From: Candidatus Bathyarchaeota archaeon
GTDB lineage: Archaea; Thermoproteota; Bathyarchaeia; Bathyarchaeales; Bathycorpusculaceae
Assembly (NCBI GenBank): GCA_963782525.1
Contig: CAWAKC010000001.1
Coordinates: forward strand, 224,001 to 288,000
DNA: 64,000 bases
Direction of reading: 5' to 3'
The notes below the pieces were generated by a model. It was not told the DNA's origin. It ran no database searches and worked only from the letters and a program-made list of their open reading frames with translations. Positions 48,444 through 59,273 of the stretch are shown one piece after another (positions within the stretch are counted from its first letter, which is position 1; every line of letters begins with the position of its first letter). Both the position numbers and the translations under genes were made by a program.

Positions 48444-49583
48444 ATGCGACTGCTCCTATGCTGCTCCGAACTCGGATTAGGCCACGTTTCCCGAATCATT
48501 CCGCTAGGGAAGCGACTGGAGAAAAACGGTCATGAAATGTTCTTTTTTTCAGGCGGCAAAGCATACGAGTTGCTCCAAAAAGAATTCACACATGTTTACA
48601 GGTGTACGCCAGTCTCATGGTACGAGAATGCTCATGGCATCATCACTTCTGCGTCGCTGCTCAACCTGTTGGTTCCTCTTCCACTCTTCAACATGGAACT
48701 AAACCGTTTTGAAATCAAAAACTCAAACGCCATGGAAACTATCCACCGCTACTACGACTTAAGAGAAAACATCCATGACATCGCACCCGACATCCTTATC
48801 GCCGACGGCGACATAAACGCTCTTCGGCTTGCTCAAAGATACAAGATTCCCTCAGTCTACATCGCCAACATGATACGCCCAAGCTACGGGTTTTCAGCTT
48901 TTTTGAGTCCAGGTGAACGCATAGTCGAGCGATATGTAAAGAACTGCTCAAAAGTCATTATCCCCGACAACCCTCCGCCTTATACTGTATCCGAATACAG
49001 TATCGGCAACTTGGATCATGTAGGCTTAAATGGGAACGTCGAGTATGTGGGGTCATTCGTTGAAACAACGCCTATTTTGGGTTCTCAAGAACATATTTTT
49101 GCGCCAATCAGCGGACCCGTTGGAACCCGCGCTAAACTCATAAAAACACTCATTCCAGTTCTGGAAAAATTGAAAACTAAATGCATCATAACTTTAGGCA
49201 CCCCTGGTAAGAAGTCGTCTGCGAAAATAGGCAATTGTGAACTCCACACCTGGCTCACCCCAGAAGAACGGCAAACCGCTATGCAAAATGCCAAATTCGT
49301 CATCTTCAGCGGAGGCCATGCAACCTGCTTTGAAACAATCAAGTATAGTAAACCAAGCATCTGCATCCCAACGCAGCCTGAACAGTTAGGCAATGCGGCT
49401 AAACTTCAAGATTTGAACTGCTCCATAACAGTCAAAAATTCCAAGGAACTTCAAAAAGCCGTTCAAAAAATGGAAAAAAAGATAGACTATTACAGCAAGA
49501 ACGTTCAAACGCTTAATGAGTTTTCTAACAGGTTCAGAGGTTTAGATAGGGCGGTTTCTATTGTGGAAACCTTGTTGGATTAG
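48444..49583 (+). CDS. GT-B fold glycosyltransferase (MurG/GT28-like)
   Basis: GLGHVSR, SGGHATCFE, QPEQLGNA motifs. Confidence 0.82.
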   Translation: MRLLLCCSELGLGHVSRIIPLGKRLEKNGHEMFFFSGGKAYELLQKEFTHVYRCTPVSWYENAHGIITSASLLNLLVPLPLFNMELNRFEIKNSNAMETIHRYYDLRENIHDIAPDILIADGDINALRLAQRYKIPSVYIANMIRPSYGFSAFLSPGERIVERYVKNCSKVIIPDNPPPYTVSEYSIGNLDHVGLNGNVEYVGSFVETTPILGSQEHIFAPISGPVGTRAKLIKTLIPVLEKLKTKCIITLGTPGKKSSAKIGNCELHTWLTPEERQTAMQNAKFVIFSGGHATCFETIKYSKPSICIPTQPEQLGNAAKLQDLNCSITVKNSKELQKAVQKMEKKIDYYSKNVQTLNEFSNRFRGLDRAVSIVETLLD

Positions 49584-49584
49584 G

Positions 49585-50208
49585 CTATTTGGTTAGGGTT
49601 AGGCGTTTTGTTTCGCCGCAGGGTGTTTGTTCGTCAAAGATTATGGCTTTGAACTTGTAGATTTTTGTGTCCTTAGTTAGCCATGTGTCGGGTGGTAAGC
49701 CTGCTTTCATGCAGCATTGACAGAGGAATTCTTCTTCGCACCAACCCCACTCAACAGGCACCTGCGGCAACAACAGGCCCTTGTATGGTCCTCTTTCAAC
49801 GATTAAGCCGTCTTCGCCAACCTTGATTTTGCTTACGTATTCCTTTGGGTTCTTTGTTTCTACGGACTCAGGTGGCGTTAACACGCTCACCTCAAAAACA
49901 ACCTTGTCGAGTTCTTCGAGGGTTAAGGGTTCAAAGCGAGGATCCTCTGTTGCGGCGTTAATAGCGCTGTCAATCACTGCCTCCACCAAAGGGCTTGTGG
50001 GGTAGGGGTAACCGATGCAGCCGCGAAGCTCCTTCTCGCCGCCCTTAACGCTGTTTATGGTCACAAATACGCCACAGTGTTCAAACAGTTTTTTGGGTGT
50101 TTCTTTTGGCGGTTTTGCACCTTTACCGATTTCTAAGTATTGTTCGACGGTATTTCTTGCGAGTTTAATTAAAAATTTTCCTTCTTCATCTGTCAGTTCA
50201 AACGACAT
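49585..50208 (-). CDS. AMMECR1 domain protein
   Basis: GVFVT, LRGCIG, DPRF, EVSVLT, GLLLPQV, KAGL motifs. Confidence 0.93.
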   Translation of the reverse strand: MSFELTDEEGKFLIKLARNTVEQYLEIGKGAKPPKETPKKLFEHCGVFVTINSVKGGEKELRGCIGYPYPTSPLVEAVIDSAINAATEDPRFEPLTLEELDKVVFEVSVLTPPESVETKNPKEYVSKIKVGEDGLIVERGPYKGLLLPQVPVEWGWCEEEFLCQCCMKAGLPPDTWLTKDTKIYKFKAIIFDEQTPCGETKRLTLTK

Positions 50209-50272
50209 AAAGCTCCTTCCTAGCGCTGCTCAACCACTCAAATAAACTAAAAAGTATTAAAAATAAAGTTGG

Positions 50273-50971
50273 TTAAAACTTTATGGATTCTTCAGTTACG
50301 CCTTCCTTAGTTATGATAAGGAAGTCGATTCCGTCGCCACTCATCGAGTCTCGGCTAATAGCAGACTTTATTGAGCGTGTAACGAGTTCTTTTGCTTCTT
50401 CAGCACTCATCGTTTCTTTGTAGCCTTCCTCAAGAACGCCCATGGCGATTTCCGTGCCTGAACCAACAACCGCGTATTTGTCAGGTATCAAAGATCCCAA
50501 GACGTCGAGCACAAAGAGTGATGGACCTTCATCATCTAAGCCGCCAACGATGGTTTGGGTGAACAGCGGTGAATATCTTCGGTTGAAGAGTACGTTGGCT
50601 AAGAGCTTTGAGGCTGAGCGCACGCTGATTTTTCTGCCGACGTCCATGCTGTAGAGTTGTGCTTGTGCCTGCATCTCCTTGGCGAGGATCTGCATGTCAC
50701 CCACGAGTCCTGCGCACGCGACGCCGATTTGGTCTGTTACTTTGAAGACTTTTTTGCCGCCCTTACTCATGATAAAGTTGCCGTAGGTGACTCTTTTCTC
50801 TGAAGCCAAGATTACACCGTCTTTGAAGATTGCACCGACGGTGGTTGCACCAGGCATCCATGCCATGCCCTGTTGAGCTTGGTTGCCTTGGCCTTGCTGT
50901 TGTTCCTGCGGCATCAGCTGGATTTGTGGAATATTCGGTAAAGTTGGTAATTGTGGTCCATAACCTTCCAT
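50273..50971 (-). CDS. psmB: proteasome beta subunit, probably non-catalytic
   Basis: PGATTVG, AGLVGDMQ, GSG, RDSMSGDG motifs; Ala at the Thr1 position; start placed at 50971. Confidence 0.92.
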   Translation of the reverse strand: MEGYGPQLPTLPNIPQIQLMPQEQQQGQGNQAQQGMAWMPGATTVGAIFKDGVILASEKRVTYGNFIMSKGGKKVFKVTDQIGVACAGLVGDMQILAKEMQAQAQLYSMDVGRKISVRSASKLLANVLFNRRYSPLFTQTIVGGLDDEGPSLFVLDVLGSLIPDKYAVVGSGTEIAMGVLEEGYKETMSAEEAKELVTRSIKSAISRDSMSGDGIDFLIITKEGVTEESIKF

Positions 50972-51052
50972 AATTTTCGCCTTTTCTTGATATACACAAG
51001 ACAAATTATTAAGGTTACTTATAACCATTAATGACTGAGCGAAGTGGCTTGC

Positions 51053-51223
51053 ATGAGTAAGTCAGAACCGTTAAAGTGCCAAAAATGCGGCAAAACCCTC
51101 GGTTATGTATCGGTTACCGCAAAAAGCGTTTTAGCATCTAAACCCCAAGTCGACAACGTAAAATTGGTTGCAACATGCATAGATTGCACAGGCGGGAACA
51201 GCTTTTACCGCAGAAACTTTTAA
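51053..51223 (+). CDS. unannotated 56-aa zinc-ribbon microprotein
   Basis: MSKSEPLKCQKCGKTLGY...ATCIDCTGGNSFYRRNF*; two CxxC pairs; TATA-like CTTATAAC about 30 nt upstream. Confidence 0.7.
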   Translation: MSKSEPLKCQKCGKTLGYVSVTAKSVLASKPQVDNVKLVATCIDCTGGNSFYRRNF

Positions 51224-51259
51224 CATGCACCATGCCCATCGAAATGAAGAGACAACTGA

Positions 51260-51844
51260 ATGATTGAAGTCTACGCCCAAAACCTCGACAACACATGGTT
51301 TGCAGTAGCACTCAACAAACAACAAATCGTCACGTCATCTTTTGGAGCTGAGCAAAAAAACGCCCTAAACAACATATTAGGAAAATTGCCTTTTAACATT
51401 CCTTTTCAGGTTTTCCATGAACCCATAGCGTCCGCCAAAACAGCTCTTTCAGCTTTGAAATGCATTTACGACGGAAAAGAAAACAAAATTGCATTACAGC
51501 TGGCAACATCGCGTCTTCCGGCTTACACCAAAAAAGTCCTAACGACTACCTCGGCGATTCCGCTTGGATTCATAACTTCTTATGGGTCAATAGCTAAAGC
51601 TGTCGGCGGGGGACCGCGAGCAGTCGGAAACATAATGGCGTCTAACCCGTTTGCTCCCATCGTTCCCTGCCACCGAGTGGTTAAATCTGATTTTACGTTA
51701 GGCGGCTATGGGTTTGGTTTAAGAGTGAAGGCGGAATTGTTAAGAAAAGAGAAACGAGGGTTTTCTTCAATGAAAGAAATTGAAGTCAAAGGTGGACTGC
51801 TTAGGGTTTATCCTGTTGAGAACGTTCTTAAAAATTTTGATTAA
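51260..51844 (+). CDS. ogt: methylated-DNA--protein-cysteine methyltransferase family
   Basis: SYGSIA, RAVG, active-site VPCHRVV. Confidence 0.88.
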   Translation: MIEVYAQNLDNTWFAVALNKQQIVTSSFGAEQKNALNNILGKLPFNIPFQVFHEPIASAKTALSALKCIYDGKENKIALQLATSRLPAYTKKVLTTTSAIPLGFITSYGSIAKAVGGGPRAVGNIMASNPFAPIVPCHRVVKSDFTLGGYGFGLRVKAELLRKEKRGFSSMKEIEVKGGLLRVYPVENVLKNFD

Positions 51845-51891
51845 ACGGGTTTGCGCAAATGATAAATGCATGTGAGCCCCACTGAAAGCAA

Positions 51892-52428
51892 GTGAGCACC
51901 ATGGTTAATCGAGGCCTCTATGTTGGAAGATTTCAACCTTTCCATTTAGGACACCTAGACGCCATCAAATATGCCCTAAAAGAGATTGATGAACTCGTCA
52001 TTGTTATCGGCAGCGCCCAATATAGCCACACAGCCAAAAATCCGTTCACAGCAGGAGAGAGGTTAGTTATGGTTCGCCAAGCACTACGGGAGGCTGGGGT
52101 GGCTGATTCTAAACTTTGGATTGTTCCTGTCCCAGACGTTCACCTACACATGCTCTGGGTCAGTGCCGTTGAAGGCTACACACCCAAATTCAACTCAGTA
52201 TTCTCAAACGAGCCTTTAACTAAACGACTGTTCATGGAAGCTGGCTACGAAGTCAAAACCATTCCTCTTTTTGAGAGAAAAGTCTACATGTCCACCTTCG
52301 TGCGTGAAAAAATGGTTAAAGACGTCAGTTGGACAGAGTTTGTGCCTAAAAGTGTAGCTGACTTCATCTTGGAGATAGATGGCGTTAACAGGCTCAGAGA
52401 CTTAGCTAGAACAGACCGAGTCACTTAA
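51892..52428 (+). CDS. nadM: nicotinamide-nucleotide adenylyltransferase
   Basis: GRFQPFHLGH, GSAQ, NPFTAGER motifs. Confidence 0.93.
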   Translation: MSTMVNRGLYVGRFQPFHLGHLDAIKYALKEIDELVIVIGSAQYSHTAKNPFTAGERLVMVRQALREAGVADSKLWIVPVPDVHLHMLWVSAVEGYTPKFNSVFSNEPLTKRLFMEAGYEVKTIPLFERKVYMSTFVREKMVKDVSWTEFVPKSVADFILEIDGVNRLRDLARTDRVT

Positions 52429-52988
52429 ACAACCATTTTTTCTTTTGAAGACCGTTGATAATAGCGATAAGCTAACATGTAAACCGAGATTAAAACCAGC
52501 AGTTCAGCAAACACGCTAAAAATATTCCCAGTTAATGCAAAGAAGTTGTTAGCCACATGAAGCACTACAGCAATCGAATAGAATGGCAATGGGTTTTTCT
52601 TAGCGATACCATAAGCAGTTATTCCAGCACTGGACGCATGAAAAACAATGCCTGGTATCCTGAAAATCGGAGGTACGCCAATGAGGAAAACATATTCAAA
52701 AAACTCGGCGATCCCAAAACCTAACCCCATTAAAATACCCAACGTTACAATTGATCGTTCAGTTTCGCCGTGTCTATAGAATAGAGGAAAGACTTTGGCA
52801 AGTTCCTCTATAAAGGGAGCCAAAACAACAATTAGAAAGCTTGCGGAAAGCCCCGCTGGAAACAGGGATTCGAAGAAGGCGGCAAATGGGATGCTAACCA
52901 AAATTCCGGAAGCAAAAAAGAACGCTAATTCCCTGTTGCTTGGTTTATGAATTGGAATAACACATTGGCGTACGGGCTGATTTTCCAT
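52425..52988 (-). CDS. PrsW-family intramembrane glutamic protease
   Basis: APFIEELAK, GLGFGIAE, FHA, LH..NN motifs. Confidence 0.82.
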   Translation of the reverse strand: MENQPVRQCVIPIHKPSNRELAFFFASGILVSIPFAAFFESLFPAGLSASFLIVVLAPFIEELAKVFPLFYRHGETERSIVTLGILMGLGFGIAEFFEYVFLIGVPPIFRIPGIVFHASSAGITAYGIAKKNPLPFYSIAVVLHVANNFFALTGNIFSVFAELLVLISVYMLAYRYYQRSSKEKMVV

Positions 52989-53048
52989 AAAAGAAGCTTC
53001 CTACAAAATAATGAACAGTTACTTCCTTATCAGCGTTACCACGGCATG

Positions 53049-54422
53049 TTAGAAGCCCGCAGTTATCAAATCGGAAGGCTTCATTATTTCCCTTAGAATA
53101 ACAGTTGCATAGGAGCCACGAAGCAACATAAAACTCACTTTAGCCTGGGACCGTATACCAACTGTATTTGCCGAAACATTTTCCAGCTTAAAATCTTTGG
53201 CTGGTGTAATCGCAGTGCGCAAACCACCCTTTCCGCCTACCTTAGATAACTCGTTGAAGTGCAAGTTTTGCATTGAGATTCCTTCTTGTTCAAGGAGTTC
53301 TTTCTCAATTTGCCCAATGAAGCCATGCGAAAGTTTCTGTTTTACACCAAAAATTGGCAATGCAACACGTAACCGTCCAGCCTTAATTTGCGAGTTAACT
53401 TCAGAAAGACTCTCGGAGGTGACAATTTTGGCAACCGTAGTCAATGGCAATCCTGAACGTTCAACGGCCACAACATAATCTCCTTCTACTGCCTCGTTTA
53501 AGGGTAAACCGTGCTTGATGCGTCCGCTGAGGAAACGGTTAAACAAGTAGGACTGGTGAGCTTGAACAAAGAGCGCTTGAAGCTTAAGAGGCAGACGTTG
53601 GAAAGCCCCGACAAAATCACCGGGATTATCAACTATATAGTTGAGCATTATTCTTTCGAACCGGAGTTGTTTAGGAAAATTCTTTTGTGCCTGCTTAAAA
53701 TCTCCAGTTGACTGCAGATCTTGGCGTGCTTGCCTAGAAGCAGGATGCTCATAATCGCTTGGTTTTGCTAGAAAAAGCATTGCTGCCCCTTCAAAGTCGC
53801 CGTTGACAAGGGCTTTTCCTACTAAATGTGTTATTGGACGAGTTGTACCGAAGCGTTGGTGTCCAAAAAAGTTAGGTACACCCCCAATTTTGTTGAGTTC
53901 ATGAACGGTTTTGGCGATGTTTTCTTTGATAGTTGTTTCTGGGTCCTCGATGGATTTTACTGTTATTACAAAGTTGTTGCCTAAAAGATAGAACAGTGAG
54001 AGCATTTCTCGGACGTAACCGATAGGGCGAACTTGGAGGTCTTTAACCTCAATTTTCGCAGCTTCTTCAATCGAAACATTTTCTATTGTGATGTGTTGAG
54101 CGGTGACTGCTTTGGCGTCTTTGATTCCTGCAAACTGAACCCGTGCTTGGTCAATACCTAATGTCTTTGCGATATTTTTGGTGGCGATAAAGGTATCCCA
54201 GTTGCGCTTAACCAAAGTGCAGAGCAAAAACCGCTGCTTCTGGAGCGTTGAACCCAACACCTTCTTAGGCATTTCTCCAGCCACTGAGGCTTGGGAGCCA
54301 TCCACCAAAACTTCTTCAACCACAAAATCTTCGACTGATTCCCGGATGACGCCGCCTATGCCCGCAGTCTGGGTAGCGTAGACTTCGATTCCCAGCAACT
54401 TTTCAATTTCAGGAACAGACAA
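53049..54422 (-). CDS. truD: tRNA pseudouridine(13) synthase
   Basis: EDFVVEE, AGIKDAKAVTAQ, PNFFGHQRFG, GSYATVILRE motifs. Confidence 0.95.
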   Translation of the reverse strand: MSVPEIEKLLGIEVYATQTAGIGGVIRESVEDFVVEEVLVDGSQASVAGEMPKKVLGSTLQKQRFLLCTLVKRNWDTFIATKNIAKTLGIDQARVQFAGIKDAKAVTAQHITIENVSIEEAAKIEVKDLQVRPIGYVREMLSLFYLLGNNFVITVKSIEDPETTIKENIAKTVHELNKIGGVPNFFGHQRFGTTRPITHLVGKALVNGDFEGAAMLFLAKPSDYEHPASRQARQDLQSTGDFKQAQKNFPKQLRFERIMLNYIVDNPGDFVGAFQRLPLKLQALFVQAHQSYLFNRFLSGRIKHGLPLNEAVEGDYVVAVERSGLPLTTVAKIVTSESLSEVNSQIKAGRLRVALPIFGVKQKLSHGFIGQIEKELLEQEGISMQNLHFNELSKVGGKGGLRTAITPAKDFKLENVSANTVGIRSQAKVSFMLLRGSYATVILREIMKPSDLITAGF

Positions 54423-54430
54423 AAAATCGC

Positions 54431-54811
54431 CTAAAGCAACTTTAACTTGCCTGTAACGCGGTCAATCATAGCTGACGGCGCAGGACCAATCCCCAAACAC
54501 GTAACTGTGCCCTCAGGAACCTCAGTCAACCCCCTATCGATGATAAGCGCATGAGGCAACCCCAACTGGTCAGCAGCTTCCTCAACCTCGCCAAGTTCCT
54601 TCTCATTCGCAACCTTAACCGCCACCTTCTTTTGCCCCTCAAACATCCAGGCCTCCCACCACTTCTTATGGTGCGTGTAGGCATCTTGGGCGGAAGAAAC
54701 GGCTGCATGCCCTGCTTGGGCTGCAATCTTGCCCTTGCTCATCTGCAGGTCCGTTCGGAAAACGAGGACTTGCTTGTATTCGAATTCAACCATTTTCGCG
54801 TATCCCGGCAT
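54431..54811 (-). CDS. pth2: peptidyl-tRNA hydrolase Pth2
   Basis: MSKGKIAAQAGHA, GQKKV, DRGLTEV, GIGP motifs. Confidence 0.94.
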   Translation of the reverse strand: MPGYAKMVEFEYKQVLVFRTDLQMSKGKIAAQAGHAAVSSAQDAYTHHKKWWEAWMFEGQKKVAVKVANEKELGEVEEAADQLGLPHALIIDRGLTEVPEGTVTCLGIGPAPSAMIDRVTGKLKLL

Positions 54812-54831
54812 CTAATTTGGTGTTGGAGATT

Positions 54832-56079
54832 TTAAGGGTTTGCAGACAAATAAAGCAACCCAAAGTAAGCCAATGCTGCCGCCATCGTTGGTTTTCTGAT
54901 TGCAGTCAGTAGCACTTTGCCTTGAAAATCAATTTCATCCACATCTTTTAAAGCTCTGTCCACACCCAATTTTCCGCAAACCCGCAACATCTCATCCAAC
55001 CGTTCGTCAGAAAGTGAGTTTAGAAAACGCCTAAAACGCAGCATGACAGAGAAATCGAAACTCAATTGGGCATTGCAGCGTTTCTGGTAATTCTTCAAAA
55101 AATTGGAGGAGACATCGCCCTGTTTAATAGCTTGGCTTGCAACTTCCGCTGCGACTTTACCACATGTTAACCCGAAGATTACTCCGCCTCCCGTGGTGGG
55201 TTTAACTTGGGAAGCGCAGTCGCCTACGGCAAGGAAGCCATCTGCGTATGACCTGTTGATTGGTCCGCCCAGCGTTATGGCGTGGTAGCCGATGCTTGTT
55301 ATCTTTGCTTTGCCGAGCTGTTTTGAAGCTACTGGATGTTTGGTCATGAGTCGTTTTAGGTAGTCTTGGGGGTTGCCTTTGTTTGTCGCTAAACCCACTT
55401 TTGCTGAGCCGTCGGTTCTTGGGATGAGCCAACCGTAAAAGCCCGGCGCGTAAGATTTGCCTAAATAAACTTCTACAGCGTTGTCTTCTACGTCCTGTAC
55501 ATCGTCCATTTCCGCTTCAACAGCGTAAACCAATCCGCTGGGATTAAGCACAGACACTCCTGCTTGCCTCACAAGCCTTGAGGAAACGCCTTCAGCATCC
55601 ACCACGATTTTGCTTTGAATTTTCTCTTCAACACCTGCACTTTGGGTTAAAACGCCTTTAACTACGCCCTCCTTTATTAGCAAAGATTGAGCCCTCGACC
55701 CTAAAACATAGCTTGCTCCCGCAATCTGAGCTTTTTTAGCCAAGTACTGGTCAAATCGTCCTCGATTCAAGGCTGTTGTGACCGGACAAGAAAGCTTTAG
55801 CGAGAACTTTGTTCCAGCAGGCGAGTAAAAGTTAGCGGCGCAAAACTTGTTCTCGACGATGCCGTCTGGAAGCGGATAAAGACCGATGTTTCTGAGGCTT
55901 CGTATGCTAATGTGCCCAGCGCAGTGCACGGGATAACCAATGGATGTGTGCTCTTCGAAAACTGTTACTTTCGCTCCGAGATTTGCCAGGTGCTGGGCAA
56001 CAAAACAACCAACTGGTCCACCACCAACCACAATAACGTCTGATGAGTTGGTTGAAAGTTGCAACTTGGGCGCCAGCAT
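54832..56079 (-). CDS. geranylgeranyl reductase family FAD-dependent oxidoreductase
   Basis: GGGPVG, PVHCAG, YGWLIP, VGD...KPTTGGG motifs. Confidence 0.88.
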   Translation of the reverse strand: MLAPKLQLSTNSSDVIVVGGGPVGCFVAQHLANLGAKVTVFEEHTSIGYPVHCAGHISIRSLRNIGLYPLPDGIVENKFCAANFYSPAGTKFSLKLSCPVTTALNRGRFDQYLAKKAQIAGASYVLGSRAQSLLIKEGVVKGVLTQSAGVEEKIQSKIVVDAEGVSSRLVRQAGVSVLNPSGLVYAVEAEMDDVQDVEDNAVEVYLGKSYAPGFYGWLIPRTDGSAKVGLATNKGNPQDYLKRLMTKHPVASKQLGKAKITSIGYHAITLGGPINRSYADGFLAVGDCASQVKPTTGGGVIFGLTCGKVAAEVASQAIKQGDVSSNFLKNYQKRCNAQLSFDFSVMLRFRRFLNSLSDERLDEMLRVCGKLGVDRALKDVDEIDFQGKVLLTAIRKPTMAAALAYFGLLYLSANP

Positions 56080-56230
56080 AATTATGCTATAAAACTAAAT
56101 CGTATTTAAGCCAGCAGGTAAGAAACAAAAGCGATTTTGAAAAGATACCTAAGAGGGCAAGTCAGTAATGACTGAAACAGCGAAAATTAAATGCTAAAAA
56201 AATGTAAAAAAAGAAAGAAGAAATGCAGGA

Positions 56231-56467
56231 TTAGCGTTGCTGAACTAATTCAATTCTGCGTTTACCACGGGACATGGAGGAAGTGCGGATTTTGCCGCTT
56301 ACCTCAAGTTTCAGAAGCAATTCGTTGAAATCTTTGAACCCTAAATCTTCATACTCATCTTTTAGGTGGTCAAAGAGATCATCGTCTGTTAAATCGCCTT
56401 TCTTTGTTAGAACTTCCAGTAGATAGAAGTAGGCGGGGCGTGTTTTCCAAGTTTTCATCTGTGGCAT
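56231..56467 (-). CDS. small winged-helix protein downstream of cdc48
   Basis: LLEVLTKKGDLTDDDL...LLKLEVSGKIRTS wHTH pattern; SD GGA before ATG 56467. Confidence 0.72.
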   Translation of the reverse strand: MPQMKTWKTRPAYFYLLEVLTKKGDLTDDDLFDHLKDEYEDLGFKDFNELLLKLEVSGKIRTSSMSRGKRRIELVQQR

Positions 56468-56480
56468 AGGTGTTCCTTCT

Positions 56481-58652
56481 TTACGCAACTGGCGTTGCTG
56501 GCTTTTGTACTTGTCGGATTTGTTGCATGAAGCTCTTGTACCATTTTTCCATGTCAGGAGTAATCGATGGACCCATCTCTTTTAGGGCATCCAGAAAGTC
56601 CTTCATTGTGACTTCGGTTGCGTTTACGTTCTTTCGCAGTGAATGCATTGCAGCTTCTCGGCACAAGGATTCTAAGTCAGCGCCAGAATAGTACTTAGTT
56701 GCAATTGTAATCTGGTTCAAGTCTACATCTTTGCTAATAGGCATGCCTTTGGTGTAGATTTTGAGGATTTGCAAACGGCTTTTCTCATCAGGTTCAGGCA
56801 CATAGATTAAACGGTCAAAGCGTCCAGGACGCAGAACTGCGGAATCAACCATGTCGGGACGGTTAGTGGCAGCGATGATTACGATATCTTGCAATGTGGT
56901 TATTCCATCCATCTCTGTCAGAAGCTGGCTTATGACGCGTTCTGAAACGCCGCTGTCCGACATGCCCATTCCTCGTTTTGGTGTGAGTGAGTCGATTTCG
57001 TCGAGGAATACTACGGCGGGTGCTGCCATGCGGGCTTTACGGAAGACTTCGCGGATTGCTTTTTCTGATTCGCCAACCCATTTGCTGAACACCTCAGGTC
57101 CCTTGATGGATATGAAGTTAGCTTCACTCTCTGTTGCCACCGCGCGTGCGAGCAAGGTTTTTCCACAACCTGGTGGACCATATAGCAAGATGCCTTTGGG
57201 TGGTCGTATTCCGAGTTTGGTGAATATTTCAGGAGTCTTTATCGGCCACTCAACTGCTTCAATGAGGTGCTGTTTTACGTCATCAAGTCCTCCTGCATCG
57301 TCCCAGTGGACTGTGGTGACTTCAATGTAGACTTCTCTCATTGCAGTAGGAGTAACTTCTTTGTACGCACCAAGGAAATCATCCATCCTAACTTCCATCT
57401 TTTCCAAAACGGCTGGTGGAATGCGTTCTTCTTCAAGGTTAATCTGCGGCAGGTATCTTCGGAGCGCTTTCATAGCGGTTTCTCTGCCAAGCGCAGATAA
57501 GTCGGCGCCTGTGTAGCCATGAGTCATCGCTGATAGTTTCGGTAAGTCAACATCCTCAGCAAGGGGCATACCACGTGTGTGAATTTGGAGAACTTCGTAG
57601 CGTCCTTTCTTGTCTGGAACACCGATTTCTATTTCGCGGTCAAAACGTCCGGGTCTACGCAAGGCTGGGTCAAGTGCGCCTGGTCGGTTAGTTGCGCCTA
57701 TAACTATGACGTTTCCTCTTCCAGATAACCCGTCCATCAATGCAAGAAGCTGAGCGACAACGCGTCTTTCCACTTCGCCAGTGACTTCTTCGCGTTTTGG
57801 CGCAATTGCATCGAGTTCATCGACGAAGATTATGCTTGGAGCGTTCTGTTGAGCTTGCTGGAAAATCTCGCGTAAGCGCGCTTCTGATTCTCCGTAGAAT
57901 TTACTCATGATTTCGGGTCCGTTTATAGAGTAGAAGTTGGCTTCCGACTCGTTAGCAACTGCGCGTGCAAGAAGAGTTTTCCCGCAGCCTGGCGGACCAT
58001 GCAACAGGACGCCTTTGGGTGGTTCAATGCCTAAGCGTTGGAAAAGTTCAGGGTGACGAAGTGGCAACTCCACCATTTCGCGTACGCGTTGGATTTCTTC
58101 TTGGAGTCCTCCGATGTCTTCGTAGTTTGTTCTGGGTAAGCCTTTGCCTTCGGGCGCTGGCTCGTTTAATATAGTCAACCGGGTTTCAGCGGTTACTTTT
58201 ATGATACCGTGTGGACGAGTTTTTGAAACTGTGAATGGTATGGCGTGTCCTAGCATCATGACTAGAGTTGTATCGCCTTCGACTAGGGTACGTTCCATAA
58301 GTCGGTTTTTAACGAAATTCGTGAAGTCTTCATCCACGTTTAGGCGCATATCCACTGGCGCAAGAGTTATGGATAGGGCGGTTTTGACTTTAGCGGGTCT
58401 TATAACAACATATTCGTTTATGGCTACTCCGCTGTTTTTGCGTGTGAACCCGTCGATGCGGATTATGTCGCGGTTCTGGTCTTCGCTGTAGGCTGGCCAA
58501 GCGATGGCGCTGGTTGTGCGTTTATTGACGATTTCAATTACGTCTCCTGCGCTAATGCCCAGTTTCTGCATTGTTCGCTGATCGATTCTGGCTATTCCTC
58601 TGCCGACATCTCTTTGCCGTGCGTCTCCAACGCGAAGTTGTACTTCACTCAT
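56481..58652 (-). CDS. cdc48: CDC48/p97 family AAA+ ATPase
   Basis: N domain plus two AAA modules ([11 protein letters not shown] twice, RPGRFDR twice); start placed at ATG 58652. Confidence 0.97.
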   Translation of the reverse strand: MSEVQLRVGDARQRDVGRGIARIDQRTMQKLGISAGDVIEIVNKRTTSAIAWPAYSEDQNRDIIRIDGFTRKNSGVAINEYVVIRPAKVKTALSITLAPVDMRLNVDEDFTNFVKNRLMERTLVEGDTTLVMMLGHAIPFTVSKTRPHGIIKVTAETRLTILNEPAPEGKGLPRTNYEDIGGLQEEIQRVREMVELPLRHPELFQRLGIEPPKGVLLHGPPGCGKTLLARAVANESEANFYSINGPEIMSKFYGESEARLREIFQQAQQNAPSIIFVDELDAIAPKREEVTGEVERRVVAQLLALMDGLSGRGNVIVIGATNRPGALDPALRRPGRFDREIEIGVPDKKGRYEVLQIHTRGMPLAEDVDLPKLSAMTHGYTGADLSALGRETAMKALRRYLPQINLEEERIPPAVLEKMEVRMDDFLGAYKEVTPTAMREVYIEVTTVHWDDAGGLDDVKQHLIEAVEWPIKTPEIFTKLGIRPPKGILLYGPPGCGKTLLARAVATESEANFISIKGPEVFSKWVGESEKAIREVFRKARMAAPAVVFLDEIDSLTPKRGMGMSDSGVSERVISQLLTEMDGITTLQDIVIIAATNRPDMVDSAVLRPGRFDRLIYVPEPDEKSRLQILKIYTKGMPISKDVDLNQITIATKYYSGADLESLCREAAMHSLRKNVNATEVTMKDFLDALKEMGPSITPDMEKWYKSFMQQIRQVQKPATPVA

Positions 58653-58802
58653 GGTAAAATTTCTCCTAAATAATCCTGACTTGCTACTTTTGGGATGTGT
58701 GTTTGAAAAAGCATCCATCCCTATATAAACTTTAAAGCGTAATCGCGAATACTCTCAAGAACATATTAATGGGAAGAAACAAAGAAAATTGAGGTTTAAT
58801 TG

Positions 58803-59081
58803 TTAATCGCGGCTTGTTCTGCGTATCTGAAATGTTTGTGCTTGGCTTACACCGGGGATTTTTGCGAGTTTTTCTTCGAATTCATCAACTAACCCGGATT
58901 TGTCTTCTGGATACCTTATTTGAACAAGGAGAGCTACGAGGCCAAAAGCTACTGGTTCTTCGCCATATCCTTCTATTTTGGCGAATTCAGGAAGAACTGC
59001 TTTGATCTTTTCTTTTAAGTCATCAAAACTTGGAACAATGTCTTCAGGAAAAACCTTGTAAGTTACAAGAACAGCGCCCAT
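58803..59081 (-). CDS. ef1b: translation elongation factor aEF-1 beta
   Basis: KVFPE and EEPVAFGLVAL motifs. Confidence 0.92.
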   Translation of the reverse strand: MGAVLVTYKVFPEDIVPSFDDLKEKIKAVLPEFAKIEGYGEEPVAFGLVALLVQIRYPEDKSGLVDEFEEKLAKIPGVSQAQTFQIRRTSRD

Positions 59082-59093
59082 GCGTTTCGCCTT

Positions 59094-59273
59094 TTATGGT
59101 CCAGAGAACCCGCATTTGGGGCATTTGTAAAGGCGACCGAATTTGCGGCATTTGCCATCTCGTTTAATCTGGATTTCTCCGCACTGTGGACACAGGAACT
59201 TTGTGGATTCGCTTCCTGGTGGGATTGGTTTTCCGCAACTTGTGCAAGTAACTAAAGCCAACTTTTCTGACAT
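59094..59273 (-). CDS. 59-aa archaeal zinc-finger protein (DUF1610-like), not in the ORF track
   Basis: MSEKLALVTCTSCG...FLCPQCGE...KCRKFGRLYKCPKCGFSGP*; usual position upstream of EF-1 beta. Confidence 0.9.
   Translation of the reverse strand: MSEKLALVTCTSCGKPIPPGSESTKFLCPQCGEIQIKRDGKCRKFGRLYKCPKCGFSGP

Noticed and set aside
58653-58718. Longest-ORF N-terminal extensions (cdc48, also proS, psmB, aroA, rtcA, fen)
   Set aside because: They run into promoter regions or upstream genes; downstream starts fit the family N-termini better.
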